64,000 nt of DNA from an uncultured Acidobacteriaceae bacterium (GCA_963781125.1 CAWAEE010000016.1:413320-477319), one strand, 5' to 3'. Shown: positions 1 to 10,255, counted from the first letter of the stretch. The notes: generated by a model not told the origin, from the letters alone. Translations and numbers: made by a program.

Positions 1-453
1 ACCATCAGCCGAGCCGGCGACGGCAACGTCGACGTTCGCTTCATTGCCGGCGGCACGCGAGGCTTCTTCTCCAAACACGTGTGGATGACGCCGAATCAAC
101 TTCCGATTCAGATGGTCGAGCACCTCGGCGATGGTGAAATGGCCTTCATTGGCGGCCATCTCGGCGTAGAACAGCACCTGCAACAACAGGTCTCCGAGTT
201 CTTCTGCAAGATGAGGGAAATCGCGTCGCTCAATCGCGTCGAAGACTTCGTAGGTTTCCTCGAGTGTGTATTTGCGAATCGTGTCAAAGGATTGTTCGCG
301 ATCCCAGGGGCATCCCCCAGGGGCCCGTAAACGAGCCATGACAGCGGCCAACTGCTCAAAAAGAGCCGCGGCCCGCGCCGGATCGGTTGAGAGTGCGAGG
401 CTGCGAGTGTTGGAAGGAGATTGTGGACTGTCTGCGTCTCGTGCAACGTCCAT
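1..453 (-). CDS. mazG: Nucleoside triphosphate pyrophosphohydrolase MazG (5' part; runs off window edge)
   Basis: Manual minus-strand translation from ATG at 453 gives ...MARLRAPGGCPWDREQSFDTIRKYTLEETYEVFDAIERRDFPHLAEELGDLLLQVLFYAEMA...KLIRRHPHVF, the MazG signature. Not in the ORF track because it has no stop in the window. Confidence 0.93.
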   Translation of the reverse strand, partial: MDVARDADSPQSPSNTRSLALSTDPARAAALFEQLAAVMARLRAPGGCPWDREQSFDTIRKYTLEETYEVFDAIERRDFPHLAEELGDLLLQVLFYAEMAANEGHFTIAEVLDHLNRKLIRRHPHVFGEEASRAAGNEANVDVAVAGSADG

Positions 454-627
454 CCCTTCCAGTTTAAACCCGGCCCACCGACGCAGGTTCGCATCGTGCA
501 ACCGCCATCCGACTGAACTCCGTAGTACCTCATCGGATGCTTAACGCGAATGACGAGCAAAACGACACAACATTTTCGCATCATAGGATGCAATAGTTGA
601 ATCTCCTTCGGTCTAGGCCCTCCCCCC

Positions 628-1509
628 ATGATTCGCTTTTTAGGAACAGTTTTCTCAGTACTGGCCGGCATTGCCTTCGGCAGCTTTATGAACGTCTGTC
701 TCAGCCGCGGGTTCGCAGGCGAGAGCGTGATCAATCCGCGCTCGCGTTGCCGCAGCTGCGAGACGGTTCCTGCTTGGTGGGAGAATCTGCCATTGATGAG
801 TTGGCTCGCCCTCGGCGGGCGCTGCCAGCACTGCAATGCGCGAACTAGTTGGCGCTACCCGCTGGTTGAACTGTCCGTTGGCGCCATCTGGGGTCTTCTT
901 GCCTGGCGCCTGATGGATCTGATCATCAATACGCGCTATGGGTTCGCTCTTCCCTACTTGAATCTCGAATACACCGCCGGCATCATGATCTTCTGCTGGA
1001 CACTCGTGGGAATAGCCACACTGGATGCGAGGCATTTCAACCTTTCCGATCTCGTGACTCTGCCCGGCGTGGCCATCGGCGTTGTGTTCTACATTCTTAC
1101 TTCGGAACAGATGGTATGGTCTTTTGTCACTGAATCAACACCTTTTAAAGAGGTCGGCAAGCGCTTGCTCGCGGTGCTTGCGGCCGGCGGGCTGGTCATG
1201 CTCATCCGGTGGGTCTACTGGCTCATCCGGCGGCAGAAAATCCTGGGTCTCGGCGAAGCCAACCTGATGGCCATGCTCGCGGCTTGGCTGGGTCTGCCTG
1301 GAGCGCTGCTGGCGTTCGGAATCGGCGTGCTCCTCGGCACTGCGATGACTGTGTCCTACCTTGCCGTGCGCGCAGCTGGGCGAAATCCCGACAGATGGCA
1401 GTTGCCGGAGCTATCTCTGGGCACGTTCGTCTGCACCGGCGGAATCGTCAGTTGTCTCTGGGGACCGCAGATCCTCTCCGAGTACATGCGCTGGTCGGGT
1501 CAATACTGA
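628..1509 (+). CDS. Prepilin peptidase (A24/PilD-like) paralog 1, catalytic motif degenerate (GLGE)
   Basis: GSFMNV, RSRCRSC...GRCQHC zinc motif, WRYPLVEL, multiple TM segments; the GxGD motif reads GLGEAN. Confidence 0.88.
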   Translation: MIRFLGTVFSVLAGIAFGSFMNVCLSRGFAGESVINPRSRCRSCETVPAWWENLPLMSWLALGGRCQHCNARTSWRYPLVELSVGAIWGLLAWRLMDLIINTRYGFALPYLNLEYTAGIMIFCWTLVGIATLDARHFNLSDLVTLPGVAIGVVFYILTSEQMVWSFVTESTPFKEVGKRLLAVLAAGGLVMLIRWVYWLIRRQKILGLGEANLMAMLAAWLGLPGALLAFGIGVLLGTAMTVSYLAVRAAGRNPDRWQLPELSLGTFVCTGGIVSCLWGPQILSEYMRWSGQY

Positions 1510-1646
1510 GTCCATCTCTGATTTCTTCGCTTCGACGGAGCACTGGTCGCATGCGCCGGTTTGGCTTCAGATGAATTGGCCTTGCGGCCTCGCCAAGCGT
1601 CGACGCAACTCTTCGCGTCTTAAGGCTCGTATACTCAAACCCGCAC

Positions 1647-2546
1647 ATGATTCGCATCCTAGGCACGCTATTTGCTGGGTTGGTCGGGCTGGCCTTCGGC
1701 AGCTTTCTGAACGTCTGCCTGAGCCGCTGGCCTGCGGGCGAGAGCGTTGTCCGGCCGCGTTCGCACTGCCGCAGTTGCGGTCGAACTTTAACGTGGTGGG
1801 AGAATGTGCCTCTGTTGAGCTGGTTGGCCCTCCGCGGACACTGCCGAACATGCCACGCCCGAATCAGTTGGCGTTCTCCACTCGTGGAGCTGGGGGTGGG
1901 AGCGTTATGGGCAATCATCGCCTGGCAGTTCTTTGCACGCGGTCCCGAAACTCCGCCCGATATTTTGGTCTCTTACAGCCCATTGTTCCTCCTCCAAACG
2001 GCAATCACCGTCGGTGGAATGATGGTGCTGACGTGGATGCTGGTAGGCTTGGCTGCTCTCGATGCGGAGCACCTTTGGCTGCCGGACATCGTGACCTTGC
2101 CTGGGATTGTACTCGGCATCGTCGTGAGCTTAGTGCGTGGAGGTCCCCTTCTCGCGACATCTTTCCCACCGCCGTCCGCGCTCAATCAACTTCTTCGGCT
2201 TGCTTTCTCGATGGTGATTGCCGCTGGGCTCGTCCTGCTCATCCGTTGGATCTACTGGCTCGTGCGGCGACGCGAAGGAATCGGCCTCGGTGACGCGAAG
2301 CTGATGGCCATGCTCGCGGCCTGGCTCGGTCTGCCAGGCGCGCTCCTGGCCTTTGCAATAGGCGTGATATTCGGTGCTGCTTTTGGGATCGTACTTCTCT
2401 TAGGTCCCCGTTTCCGCTCGACCGAAGATACTACTGCGCTGACAAAGTTGCCTCTCGGCACATTTCTCAGCATTGGCGGAATCATCAGCAGCCTTTGGGG
2501 CCAGCCGATCCTCGCAATCTATCTGCGTTGGTCTGGACTGTCCTGA
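1647..2546 (+). CDS. pilD: Prepilin peptidase (A24/PilD-like) paralog 2, intact motifs
   Basis: GSFLNV, RSHCRSC...CRTC, LDAEHLWLPD, GIGLGDAKL, LPLGTFL. Confidence 0.9.
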   Translation: MIRILGTLFAGLVGLAFGSFLNVCLSRWPAGESVVRPRSHCRSCGRTLTWWENVPLLSWLALRGHCRTCHARISWRSPLVELGVGALWAIIAWQFFARGPETPPDILVSYSPLFLLQTAITVGGMMVLTWMLVGLAALDAEHLWLPDIVTLPGIVLGIVVSLVRGGPLLATSFPPPSALNQLLRLAFSMVIAAGLVLLIRWIYWLVRRREGIGLGDAKLMAMLAAWLGLPGALLAFAIGVIFGAAFGIVLLLGPRFRSTEDTTALTKLPLGTFLSIGGIISSLWGQPILAIYLRWSGLS

Positions 2547-2550
2547 TGCC

Positions 2551-3327
2551 CTAAGGATGCGCTTGCGCATTCGCCGAAACAGCCTTGGCGTTAGCCACCT
2601 CTGGCTCTTTCAGGATCTTCTTTGCTTCTTTGCCGTGCTTGCTGTCCGGGTCGTACTCCATCACCTTGAGGTAATTTGCCTTCGCGCCGGCGTAGTCGCC
2701 GACATGACGCTTGGCCTCGGCCAATCCCCAATAGACGTCGGGGTTTTCCGGGTCAAGCACCATCGCGGACTCGAACCGCGAAAGCGCAGCTTTCCAATTT
2801 TTCTGGTCGAGATAGTAGCTGCCCACTGTCTCGTCTTCCTTGGGACTGTCGTGCGGCATCCCGTCATCCTCGCCGGCCTTCAGCTTTCCATGCTTACCCG
2901 TCGGGCTAGTATCCGGAGGCGGTTTGAGCAGATTGTCCAGGCCCGCGCTGCTCGAACTTGAACCGGAATCCTCCCCGGATGGTGCCGCATCGTCAGGGCT
3001 CTTGACTGGATCGCCGTCTCCCCCAGGCAACGGAACGCTACTGCCGTAGTCGGTTGTATCCGGTGCAGGCGTGCCGGGCGAGTCAGCGGACGGCAAGACA
3101 GGCACAGTGTTCGTATCGTCAGGGAATGGATTCGCCTGTTGCGCGCCCTTCGGCCTCTGGTCGTTGGGAGGCTGTGCCGATCCGCTGGACGACGCGGGGC
3201 TCTGCTGCGGCGGGGGATTCTGCGGAGCTTGCGCAGCAAGCCGGATTGACATGGCCCCGCAGCAACAGGCGCATGCCAACGCGGCGAAAAGGATCCGATT
3301 CACCCGATATTGCGTGTGCTGCTTCAT
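2551..3327 (-). CDS. Exported tetratricopeptide repeat protein with Pro/Ser/Asp-rich linker
   Basis: Signal peptide, low-complexity N-terminal half, C-terminal TPRs (GSYYLDQKNWKAALSRFESAMVLDPENPDVYWGLAEA...). Confidence 0.8.
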   Translation of the reverse strand: MKQHTQYRVNRILFAALACACCCGAMSIRLAAQAPQNPPPQQSPASSSGSAQPPNDQRPKGAQQANPFPDDTNTVPVLPSADSPGTPAPDTTDYGSSVPLPGGDGDPVKSPDDAAPSGEDSGSSSSSAGLDNLLKPPPDTSPTGKHGKLKAGEDDGMPHDSPKEDETVGSYYLDQKNWKAALSRFESAMVLDPENPDVYWGLAEAKRHVGDYAGAKANYLKVMEYDPDSKHGKEAKKILKEPEVANAKAVSANAQAHP

Positions 3328-3383
3328 CGACCCTTCAATGGTAGGATGCGAAGCATGGTGCGCTCAAGTCGCACCCTTCTCGC

Positions 3384-3887
3384 ATGGGACTCATCATCCG
3401 ATCATCCGCCATTCATGCCGCCGGTTGCTACGCCACCACGTCCATTCGCAAAGGTGCCCGGGTTGCCGAATACACCGGTCCGCGTTTGACGAAGGTGCAA
3501 GCGGATGCCGCCTACGACGAACAGCCCATCACCTACCTTTTTGGACTCGGCGACGGCTCGATCGTGATCGACGGGCACTGCATGGCGATGTTCATTAACC
3601 ACAGTTGTGACCCGAATTGCGAAACTCACGAAGAAAAGGGACGCGTATGGATCAAGGCTATCCGGAAAATCGAACCGGGTGAGGAGATCACATACGATTA
3701 CTGCCTCTACGATGGCGACGAGGACGAGGCAGCCTGTAACTGCGGTGCAAGAAAATGTCGTGGAACCATGTATTCGCGCGAAGAAGTCCGCCGGCGCAAG
3801 CGATTGGCGGAAAGGGCTGCCCTTCGCAACACCGGCTCGAGCCCCACGAAGAAGAGGGCTAAGACGAAAAGGTTGAGGCCCAAATAG
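3384..3887 (+). CDS. SET domain protein-lysine methyltransferase with post-SET cysteines
   Basis: FINHSCDPN, GEEITYDY and CNCGARKCRG motifs. Confidence 0.92.
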   Translation: MGLIIRSSAIHAAGCYATTSIRKGARVAEYTGPRLTKVQADAAYDEQPITYLFGLGDGSIVIDGHCMAMFINHSCDPNCETHEEKGRVWIKAIRKIEPGEEITYDYCLYDGDEDEAACNCGARKCRGTMYSREEVRRRKRLAERAALRNTGSSPTKKRAKTKRLRPK

Positions 3888-3907
3888 CGCGCGAATGCCA
3901 GGGCGGA

Positions 3908-4678
3908 TCAGGCCACGCGACCCGATCCGTGCGACAGAAGATTGCCCAGGCGCGAATGGTAACTCCGGCTCATGGACAGCTTGTGTCCGTTCACAAGATG
4001 CACCACGAAGTCGCCCTGTGATTCCGTGCGCACTTCCTTTACAAATTGCAGATTCACAATCGCCGAACGGTGAACGCGCAGAAACATCTGTGGGTCCAGC
4101 TTCTGTTCGAGGCCAGTCATCGTCTCGCGCAGCAGGTGCGTTTCCTTGTCCGTGCAGATGCGAACATAGTTTTCTTCCGCGCCGATCCAGCGAATGTCGG
4201 TTACGGGGAGAAAGAGAATGCGCCCACGTGATTTGAAAACGATGCGGGCCGTATAGGGCTCACGGCCGTGGGTCCTGGGTTGATGAGGTCTCGTACCCTT
4301 GTCCTTTGTCGCAACGCGATCCAAGGCCCTTTGTACTGCGGAATGCAGGCGTTCCGGAGTAAAAGGCTTGAGAAGATAGTCGACGGCGCGCAGATCAAAG
4401 GCACGTAATGCGTAGTGATCGTAGGCCGTAGTGAAAATGATGTGCGGCATTTCGATCTGCGGATCGGCAGATAACGCGTCGATCAGCTCGATCCCGTTCA
4501 TTCCGGGCAGGCGTACATCCAGAAAAACCAGCTGCGGCCAGCTCGCCTTGATGAACTCAAGGGCCTCTGAAGCGGAGGCTGCCTCACCCACAACCTGAAT
4601 CTCTGTTTCATCCCGTAGCAGTCGCCGCAATTTGCGTCTCGCCAGCACTTCATCATCAATAATCAGTGTTTGAATCAC
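3908..4678 (-). CDS. LytTR family response regulator (paralog A)
   Basis: Receiver domain (IIDDE, FLDVRLP, FTTAYD, DYLLKP) plus LytTR domain (FLRVHRSAIVN). Confidence 0.93.
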   Translation of the reverse strand: MIQTLIIDDEVLARRKLRRLLRDETEIQVVGEAASASEALEFIKASWPQLVFLDVRLPGMNGIELIDALSADPQIEMPHIIFTTAYDHYALRAFDLRAVDYLLKPFTPERLHSAVQRALDRVATKDKGTRPHQPRTHGREPYTARIVFKSRGRILFLPVTDIRWIGAEENYVRICTDKETHLLRETMTGLEQKLDPQMFLRVHRSAIVNLQFVKEVRTESQGDFVVHLVNGHKLSMSRSYHSRLGNLLSHGSGRVA

Positions 4679-5005
4679 TTGGACCTCTCGATCGCTTTTC
4701 GCGAGTATTCCTGATTAAGACCACGAACAGTTGGGAAACCTGTGCTCTTTCATCCGCAAACACCATGCCATTGAAAAGGCCGCGGTTGAATTGCGGAATC
4801 AATGGTTTACGCGTCGCCGGGGCCAATCCGGAACTCTGCGTGTGTCCAATTTCAAGATCGACTGTTCGAAACCGGACACTTATCGCGCATCCGCACCTGC
4901 TTGTCTTTCCAATTCGGCCGCTGGTCACTGTCCGACGGATTCTGAATTTCATAGGCTGCACTGGACATTGCTCAGCTTCCACGACTGAACAGCAAACGTC
5001 AGCGG

Positions 5006-5056
5006 TAATTCGTATCCCTGATTCCGCCACTCGTCCCTGAATACGTCTTTTCGTAC
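5006..5056 (+). promoter_or_regulatory. Candidate LytTR (AlgR-like) binding repeats upstream of the TonB-dependent receptor
   Basis: TCGT cores at 5010, 5031 and 5051 (21/20 bp spacing), CCACTCGTC at 5027-5035, and a further CCGCTCGTC at 5159-5167. Confidence 0.5.
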
Positions 5057-5265
5057 GGCCCGGTTCCACCCTTCATAATTCAGTGCGGCCGCGACACCGA
5101 ATCGCCGCAATCCTTCCCGGTTTTTGTCGACATTCTGAAATTGCTCCCTCAATGAAGACCGCTCGTCACGCGAAACCTCGATCTGTCACTTCGCCATCTT
5201 CCTGCACCTGATTGGAGGGACAGATGCACCCTCCGGATCGGAGTTCCAACTCCCCCGGAGTGATC

Positions 5266-8200
5266 ATGAACAGAGTGAGTCGTTGGATCGTTGAGTTATC
5301 TCTCGCGGTTGCGTTTTGTTTTGGAGCCCAAAGCAGCTTCAGTCAGGGAATTGTGACCGGCTCGATTGACGGAAGTGTTCAAGATCCGAGCTCCGCGGTC
5401 GTTCAAGGCGCCACCATTACGGCGGTGCAGGTAGGAACGAACTCCAACTTCAAGACCGGCACCGGTGCTGCCGGCGCGTTTCAGCTACCGGGATTGCCCG
5501 TTGGCAAATACGTGGTCACGGCAGAGGCCCCCGGCTTTGTTGCCATGCGCGTTGAGAACGTCATCGTGCAGTCCGGAACTGCCACGCCGCTGGGCGCCCT
5601 GACCCTCAAGATCGGCGCATCCGAGGCCGTCACGGTTGAAGCTGCCTCTGCAATCCTGCAGCCCGATTCCGTCCAGATCAGTCAGGAATTCGACACCGAG
5701 AAAACCCAGAACCTTCCCATCGGAAACGGGTTCGACTTAGTCGCGCTCTTGACCCCAGGTGTTGCGCCTTCTGGAGGCAACGTCTTTACCAATAACAACG
5801 GTGCCGAGTTCTCGACGAATGGAATTCGTGATCGCGACAACAATTTCCAACTTGATGGTCAGGCCAACAACGACACAAATATCGGCGGTCCCAACGTCTT
5901 TTTCGGAAATGCCGACGCGATTGCCGAGGTCCAGGTGATCACCGCGGAGAGCGCCGAATATGGACGCAACAGCGGTGCGGTCGTCAACTACATCACGAAG
6001 GCGGGCACCAACCAGTACCACGGATCGGGCTACGAATTCTACAACGGCAGCTGGGCTGACTCGCTCGCCAACCAGGAAAAGAGTCCCGTCCTGGGTTATT
6101 GCCCGCCCGGCGTGGACCCTTCGACCGGTTGCCTGCAGCCCGTCGTTCCCCGCTATGTCGATAACCGATGGGGCGGCACTGCGGGTGGTCCAATCAAGCG
6201 AGACCGCCTCTGGTTTTTCGGCTCGGGTAACTTCGAACACCTGCGAACAGGGGCCGCTCCATCCTCGTCTGCGCCATTTGTCACCCCCACGCCCAACGGA
6301 ATCTCTGAGCTGCAAGCTGCATTTCCAAATAATGCATCTGTTGGCGCGCTCGCCGCGATCGGGCCAGCGACCATAAAAACCGGCAACCTCAGCTTCGGTA
6401 CACCCACTGACATCGATGTGCTTGGAGTCCCGATTGAATTTGCAACCGCCCGGCGTACCGTTCCGTCGCCCTTCAATGACACGGAAGGCATGGGCCGCAT
6501 CGATTATCAGCTCTCCTCGAAAGACCGCATCTTTGGCCGCTATATCTACCAGAAATCGTTCTATTACAACTACAACTATTTCACGCCAACAGAAGACGTC
6601 ACCGGCAGCTTTGTGAACGTCGGTGGCGTAAGCCACTTTGCCGGCGCCGATTGGAGTCACACGTTCAATGACCGCTTCCTGAACCAGGTTCGCTATAGCT
6701 ATTCGCATGCCACCAGCACCTTCGGGGGCGGAGGCTTCTCCGATTGCACCACCACCAACATCCTCGCCGGATGCCCAATTCGTGCCACGTTTGCCGATTC
6801 CACAGATCTTTCGATCGGTCAACTCAATAACTTCTGGCCGCAAGGAAGACTCGTCGAGAGCTCGCAAATCCAGGACAACGCCACCTGGCAGGCCGGCAGG
6901 CACAGCATCAAATTCGGAGGCGAATTCGACCACTTCCCTGAAACGGACTACGGCATCCCGAACATCAACGGCCTTTTCACGTTCGCAAGTTTTGGAGATT
7001 TCATCCAAAGCAATCCGGAGCTGACAAATTATGCGGAAGGACCTTCGACTTACCCGCTGACGTATAACGCGGGCGCGCTCTATTTCCAGGACGATTACAA
7101 GGCAACGCCGACCCTCACCCTGTCCGCAGGACTTCGGTACGAGATCCAAAGCGAGCCCATCAACGGCCTTCATGACCTCACCGTCAAGCGTGAATCCGAT
7201 CCATCCACTGCGTTCTGGGATACAACGTTGCCGCTCAGCCTGCGCACCGTTCAATCGTTGCCGATCGTAAAACATAACCTCGGTCCTGTCGTCGGCTTCG
7301 CGTGGCAGCCGCTTGCGCATGGTCGCAGCGAGACGGTGGTCCGCGGCGGATTCCATATCGGTTATGACTCGACATTCAACAATCCTTTCTCGAACATTGC
7401 GCAAAGCACGCCAACCGTGAACTCGGTCGATTTGCAAAGCTGCACTGCATGTATCCCTTCCGACGGGTCTGCGGCCAGCTTGCGCGGCATCATCAATCCC
7501 CAGGTGCCACTCGGCGGCAATCCCGGTTTCAGCGCCGAACAAAATACCGATCCAAACCTGCACAATCCTTACGCCGAACAGTGGACGCTTGGAGTGCAGC
7601 AGGCCTTCACACTTCATGTTGTCGGCGAAGTCCGGTATGTAGGAAACCATGGCGTTGGGCAGTTTGAGGTGCGCAATGGCAACCCGGCGTTGAGTCCACT
7701 CATTGCTGCTGGCTTTCAGAACCTGATTCCCGGAGGCCTGACGCCATGCACTACGGCAAACTCACCAGGCGCAACAGCGGGCTATGCGGATTGCAACCGC
7801 ACCAATCTGATCACTCTTGGGAACACCGGCTTCTCCAACTACAACGGGCTGCAATCGCGCTTGTCCATCGAACACTGGCACGGCGTCACGGCCGGCCTGA
7901 GTTACACGTGGAGCAAGGACATCGATAACATCTCCGAAATTTATTCAACAGGAACCGGTGGAAACACAAATGCATTCGCTCAGAGCCCGTTCGATCTGAC
8001 CAATGCGGAGCGCGGTGTGAGCGGCCTCGATTATCCGCAGCTTACCTCGGTGTATTTGCTCTTCGAGGTGCCTGTTTTTCGCAATCAAAACGCGCTCGCG
8101 GGGAGGCTGTTAGGAGGATGGCAAATTAATCCCGTGTGGCGCTTTGCAAGCGGTCAACCATACACGGTTACCGAGAATCCCGCTTCGGATCGACTTCTTT

Positions 8201-8718
8201 GCGACCCGACCCAGGATACCGAGACCGGCGCCGGCACGACCTGCCGGCCTATCCTTACCTCCCGCAGCGCGCCGATTTACACCGTGGGCCAATGCACAAA
8301 TCCAGCCGCAGGCGATTGCGGCTTAGTGGACTTTTACACTGGAAGCCCCATCTCCAGAGAAAATGTCCACTGGATCGTCAACGATGATGCGTCCGCCGCT
8401 TACTTCGGCACTCCCTTTGCGGGCGTTGGAAGAAACCAACAACGCGGAGACACGATCAACAACGCCAATCTGGCTATCCTGAAGGATTTCAAGATCAACG
8501 AGCGCGTCACGTTCGAGGCTCGCGGCACCGCGTACAACGTGCTCAATCGCCAATATCGCGGAACACCCGGCGTCAACATCGACTTCGGCAATTATCCCGA
8601 GGCCGGCGGCTCATTCGCCAATACGCTGTTCAATCCTGATGGTGGGGCACAAACCAATACCGTCTTCTCTGGAACAGACCGCAGGCGCATCGAAGTAGGT
8701 GGCAAGATCCGGTTCTAA
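5266..8718 (+). CDS. TonB-dependent receptor with N-terminal carboxypeptidase regulatory-like domain (Oar-like)
   Basis: Signal peptide, GSIDGSVQDPSSAVVQGATIT, NNFQLDG, AEYGRNSGAVVN, C-terminal ...VGGKIRF. ATG 5266 follows GGAG. Confidence 0.92.
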   Translation: MNRVSRWIVELSLAVAFCFGAQSSFSQGIVTGSIDGSVQDPSSAVVQGATITAVQVGTNSNFKTGTGAAGAFQLPGLPVGKYVVTAEAPGFVAMRVENVIVQSGTATPLGALTLKIGASEAVTVEAASAILQPDSVQISQEFDTEKTQNLPIGNGFDLVALLTPGVAPSGGNVFTNNNGAEFSTNGIRDRDNNFQLDGQANNDTNIGGPNVFFGNADAIAEVQVITAESAEYGRNSGAVVNYITKAGTNQYHGSGYEFYNGSWADSLANQEKSPVLGYCPPGVDPSTGCLQPVVPRYVDNRWGGTAGGPIKRDRLWFFGSGNFEHLRTGAAPSSSAPFVTPTPNGISELQAAFPNNASVGALAAIGPATIKTGNLSFGTPTDIDVLGVPIEFATARRTVPSPFNDTEGMGRIDYQLSSKDRIFGRYIYQKSFYYNYNYFTPTEDVTGSFVNVGGVSHFAGADWSHTFNDRFLNQVRYSYSHATSTFGGGGFSDCTTTNILAGCPIRATFADSTDLSIGQLNNFWPQGRLVESSQIQDNATWQAGRHSIKFGGEFDHFPETDYGIPNINGLFTFASFGDFIQSNPELTNYAEGPSTYPLTYNAGALYFQDDYKATPTLTLSAGLRYEIQSEPINGLHDLTVKRESDPSTAFWDTTLPLSLRTVQSLPIVKHNLGPVVGFAWQPLAHGRSETVVRGGFHIGYDSTFNNPFSNIAQSTPTVNSVDLQSCTACIPSDGSAASLRGIINPQVPLGGNPGFSAEQNTDPNLHNPYAEQWTLGVQQAFTLHVVGEVRYVGNHGVGQFEVRNGNPALSPLIAAGFQNLIPGGLTPCTTANSPGATAGYADCNRTNLITLGNTGFSNYNGLQSRLSIEHWHGVTAGLSYTWSKDIDNISEIYSTGTGGNTNAFAQSPFDLTNAERGVSGLDYPQLTSVYLLFEVPVFRNQNALAGRLLGGWQINPVWRFASGQPYTVTENPASDRLLCDPTQDTETGAGTTCRPILTSRSAPIYTVGQCTNPAAGDCGLVDFYTGSPISRENVHWIVNDDASAAYFGTPFAGVGRNQQRGDTINNANLAILKDFKINERVTFEARGTAYNVLNRQYRGTPGVNIDFGNYPEAGGSFANTLFNPDGGAQTNTVFSGTDRRRIEVGGKIRF

Positions 8719-8763
8719 CTCTGAGCCGTCGATCCGGTGATGCCAACCCGCAACGAAGCATCG

Positions 8764-8794
8764 ATGAAGGCCGGCCCAGCAAGCCGGCCTTCGT
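8764..8794. terminator. Strong hairpin downstream of the TonB receptor gene
   Basis: ATGAAGGCCGGC-ccagcaa-GCCGGCCTTCGT inverted repeat; no clear U-tract. Confidence 0.5.
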
Positions 8795-8846
8795 ATGTAG
8801 ACCGTAAGCTCACAATTCTTCTCCTCGCAAAGAAATCTGAATTTGT

Positions 8847-8918
8847 GACGAACGGCTGCGTTCAAAGGACGAGGCGTTCTCCACGTCAGTTATGCCGGCG
8901 ATGGGGAGCGACGAAGCT
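8847..8918 (-). promoter_or_regulatory. Candidate LytTR (AlgR-like) binding repeats upstream of the Sel1 gene
   Basis: GACGAACGG (reverse complement CCGTTCGTC) at 8847-8855; GACGA cores at 8847, 8868 and 8910 (21 and 42 bp spacing). Confidence 0.55.
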
Positions 8919-9041
8919 CGTCCTTCAGCGGGAACCACGCGATAACCTCCGCGTAGTGAATCAAGTCTAGAAAGATCATCGACGTCTCTTCGGCATTTCC
9001 CTGGGCTTGAAAGTGAAACAGTCTCCAACGCGGGGTGTCCT

Positions 9042-10214
9042 ATGATGATCCTTCCGCTCGATCGCTTGAGAAGCGCAGTAATTCCTGCCGTGTTCGGCGC
9101 GGCCTTTCTGTTGGCCATGAATGCGCCGTCCGCCAAAGCGTCAGATGCCGACGTTCCACAAAGCCAGACCAGAGCCGAAGGAGGCTCCATCCAGCACGAG
9201 ATCGAGATGGCGGCAGCATACCTCACAGGCCATGGCGTGCAGAGGGATGAGAAACAGGCCGCCTATTGGTATCAGAAAGCCGCTGAAGCTGGCGATCCTG
9301 AAGCGCAAAAGGAAATTGGCTACTTTTATCAAATCGGGCTCGGTGTTCCCATCGATCCCGTGCGCGCCTTTCACTGGTATCAGCTTTCCGCCGCCGGGGG
9401 CTTGCCCAGTGGGAAAGTGGACCTTGGCGTGGCCTATGTTTGGGGCATCGGCGTTCCCAAAAATACGTCTCTCGCGATGCAGCTCTTTCGTGAAGCGGCA
9501 GAAAAAGGGAGCGGCGTGGGCGCATGCTATCTGGGCGACATGTTTTTCTTCGGGATCGGCGTCAAACAGGACCTGGCGGTCGCGCAACACTGGTTCGAGA
9601 TTGGGACCAAGCTACACGAACCGAGAGCCTCCTTCCGGCTTGGTTCCCTGCTGTCGACCGGCGAAGATCATGCAAAGGACTTCCCCAAGGCAGCCGACAT
9701 CTTACGCAAGTCCGCTGATGAAGGATATGTCCCCGCGATGCATGCGTTGGGCCTGCTGCTGGCCAATCATCCGGATCTCGCCAAGTCCACTGCCGAAGCG
9801 GTCACCCTGCTGACGCAAGCGGCCGAGGCGGGCAACTGGAAATCTTCTGCGACTCTCGGCGTGCTGGCACGGGACGGGAATGAAGTGCCCAAAGACGACA
9901 AGAGCGCTTACTATCATTTTCAAGTCGCAAAACTGCAAGGTGGAGAGGCAGCCCGCCAACTTCTCCAGAACGATCTACGGATTCAGGCAGAAAGGTTGGG
10001 GGTAACCGAGGCAGCGCAGATCGATCGCGAAGCCGACGCATGGTTTCAACAACATCGCCAGGCGCTTGAATTCGTCTACAAGGGTGGCGACAATTGGAAG
10101 CGCTTCCCCGCCTTCGCACTCGCAGTTCCGGCAGAAGGTTTCTACGCGGGCAAACTAATTCCGACACAACCCTACTCGCCCATCGGGCAAAGCGTGGAAT
10201 CGATCAGGAGATGA
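9042..10214 (+). CDS. Exported Sel1-repeat protein
   Basis: Signal peptide followed by repeated YxxGxGVxxDxxxAxxWYxxAAxxG units. Confidence 0.92.
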   Translation: MMILPLDRLRSAVIPAVFGAAFLLAMNAPSAKASDADVPQSQTRAEGGSIQHEIEMAAAYLTGHGVQRDEKQAAYWYQKAAEAGDPEAQKEIGYFYQIGLGVPIDPVRAFHWYQLSAAGGLPSGKVDLGVAYVWGIGVPKNTSLAMQLFREAAEKGSGVGACYLGDMFFFGIGVKQDLAVAQHWFEIGTKLHEPRASFRLGSLLSTGEDHAKDFPKAADILRKSADEGYVPAMHALGLLLANHPDLAKSTAEAVTLLTQAAEAGNWKSSATLGVLARDGNEVPKDDKSAYYHFQVAKLQGGEAARQLLQNDLRIQAERLGVTEAAQIDREADAWFQQHRQALEFVYKGGDNWKRFPAFALAVPAEGFYAGKLIPTQPYSPIGQSVESIRR

Positions 10215-10255
10215 ACACGACGTGAGAGAAAGTCGAGGACACTATACCGAGCCCA

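Noticed and set aside
4679-5265. Signal-peptide or pheromone gene in the long gap next to the LytTR regulator
   Set aside because: The short ORFs there lack an RBS, leader motifs or coding-like composition.
5737-7650. Long antisense ORFs (also 55918-57069, 61738-63492 and others)
   Set aside because: Shadow frames opposite well-supported high-GC genes, with no recognisable motifs.
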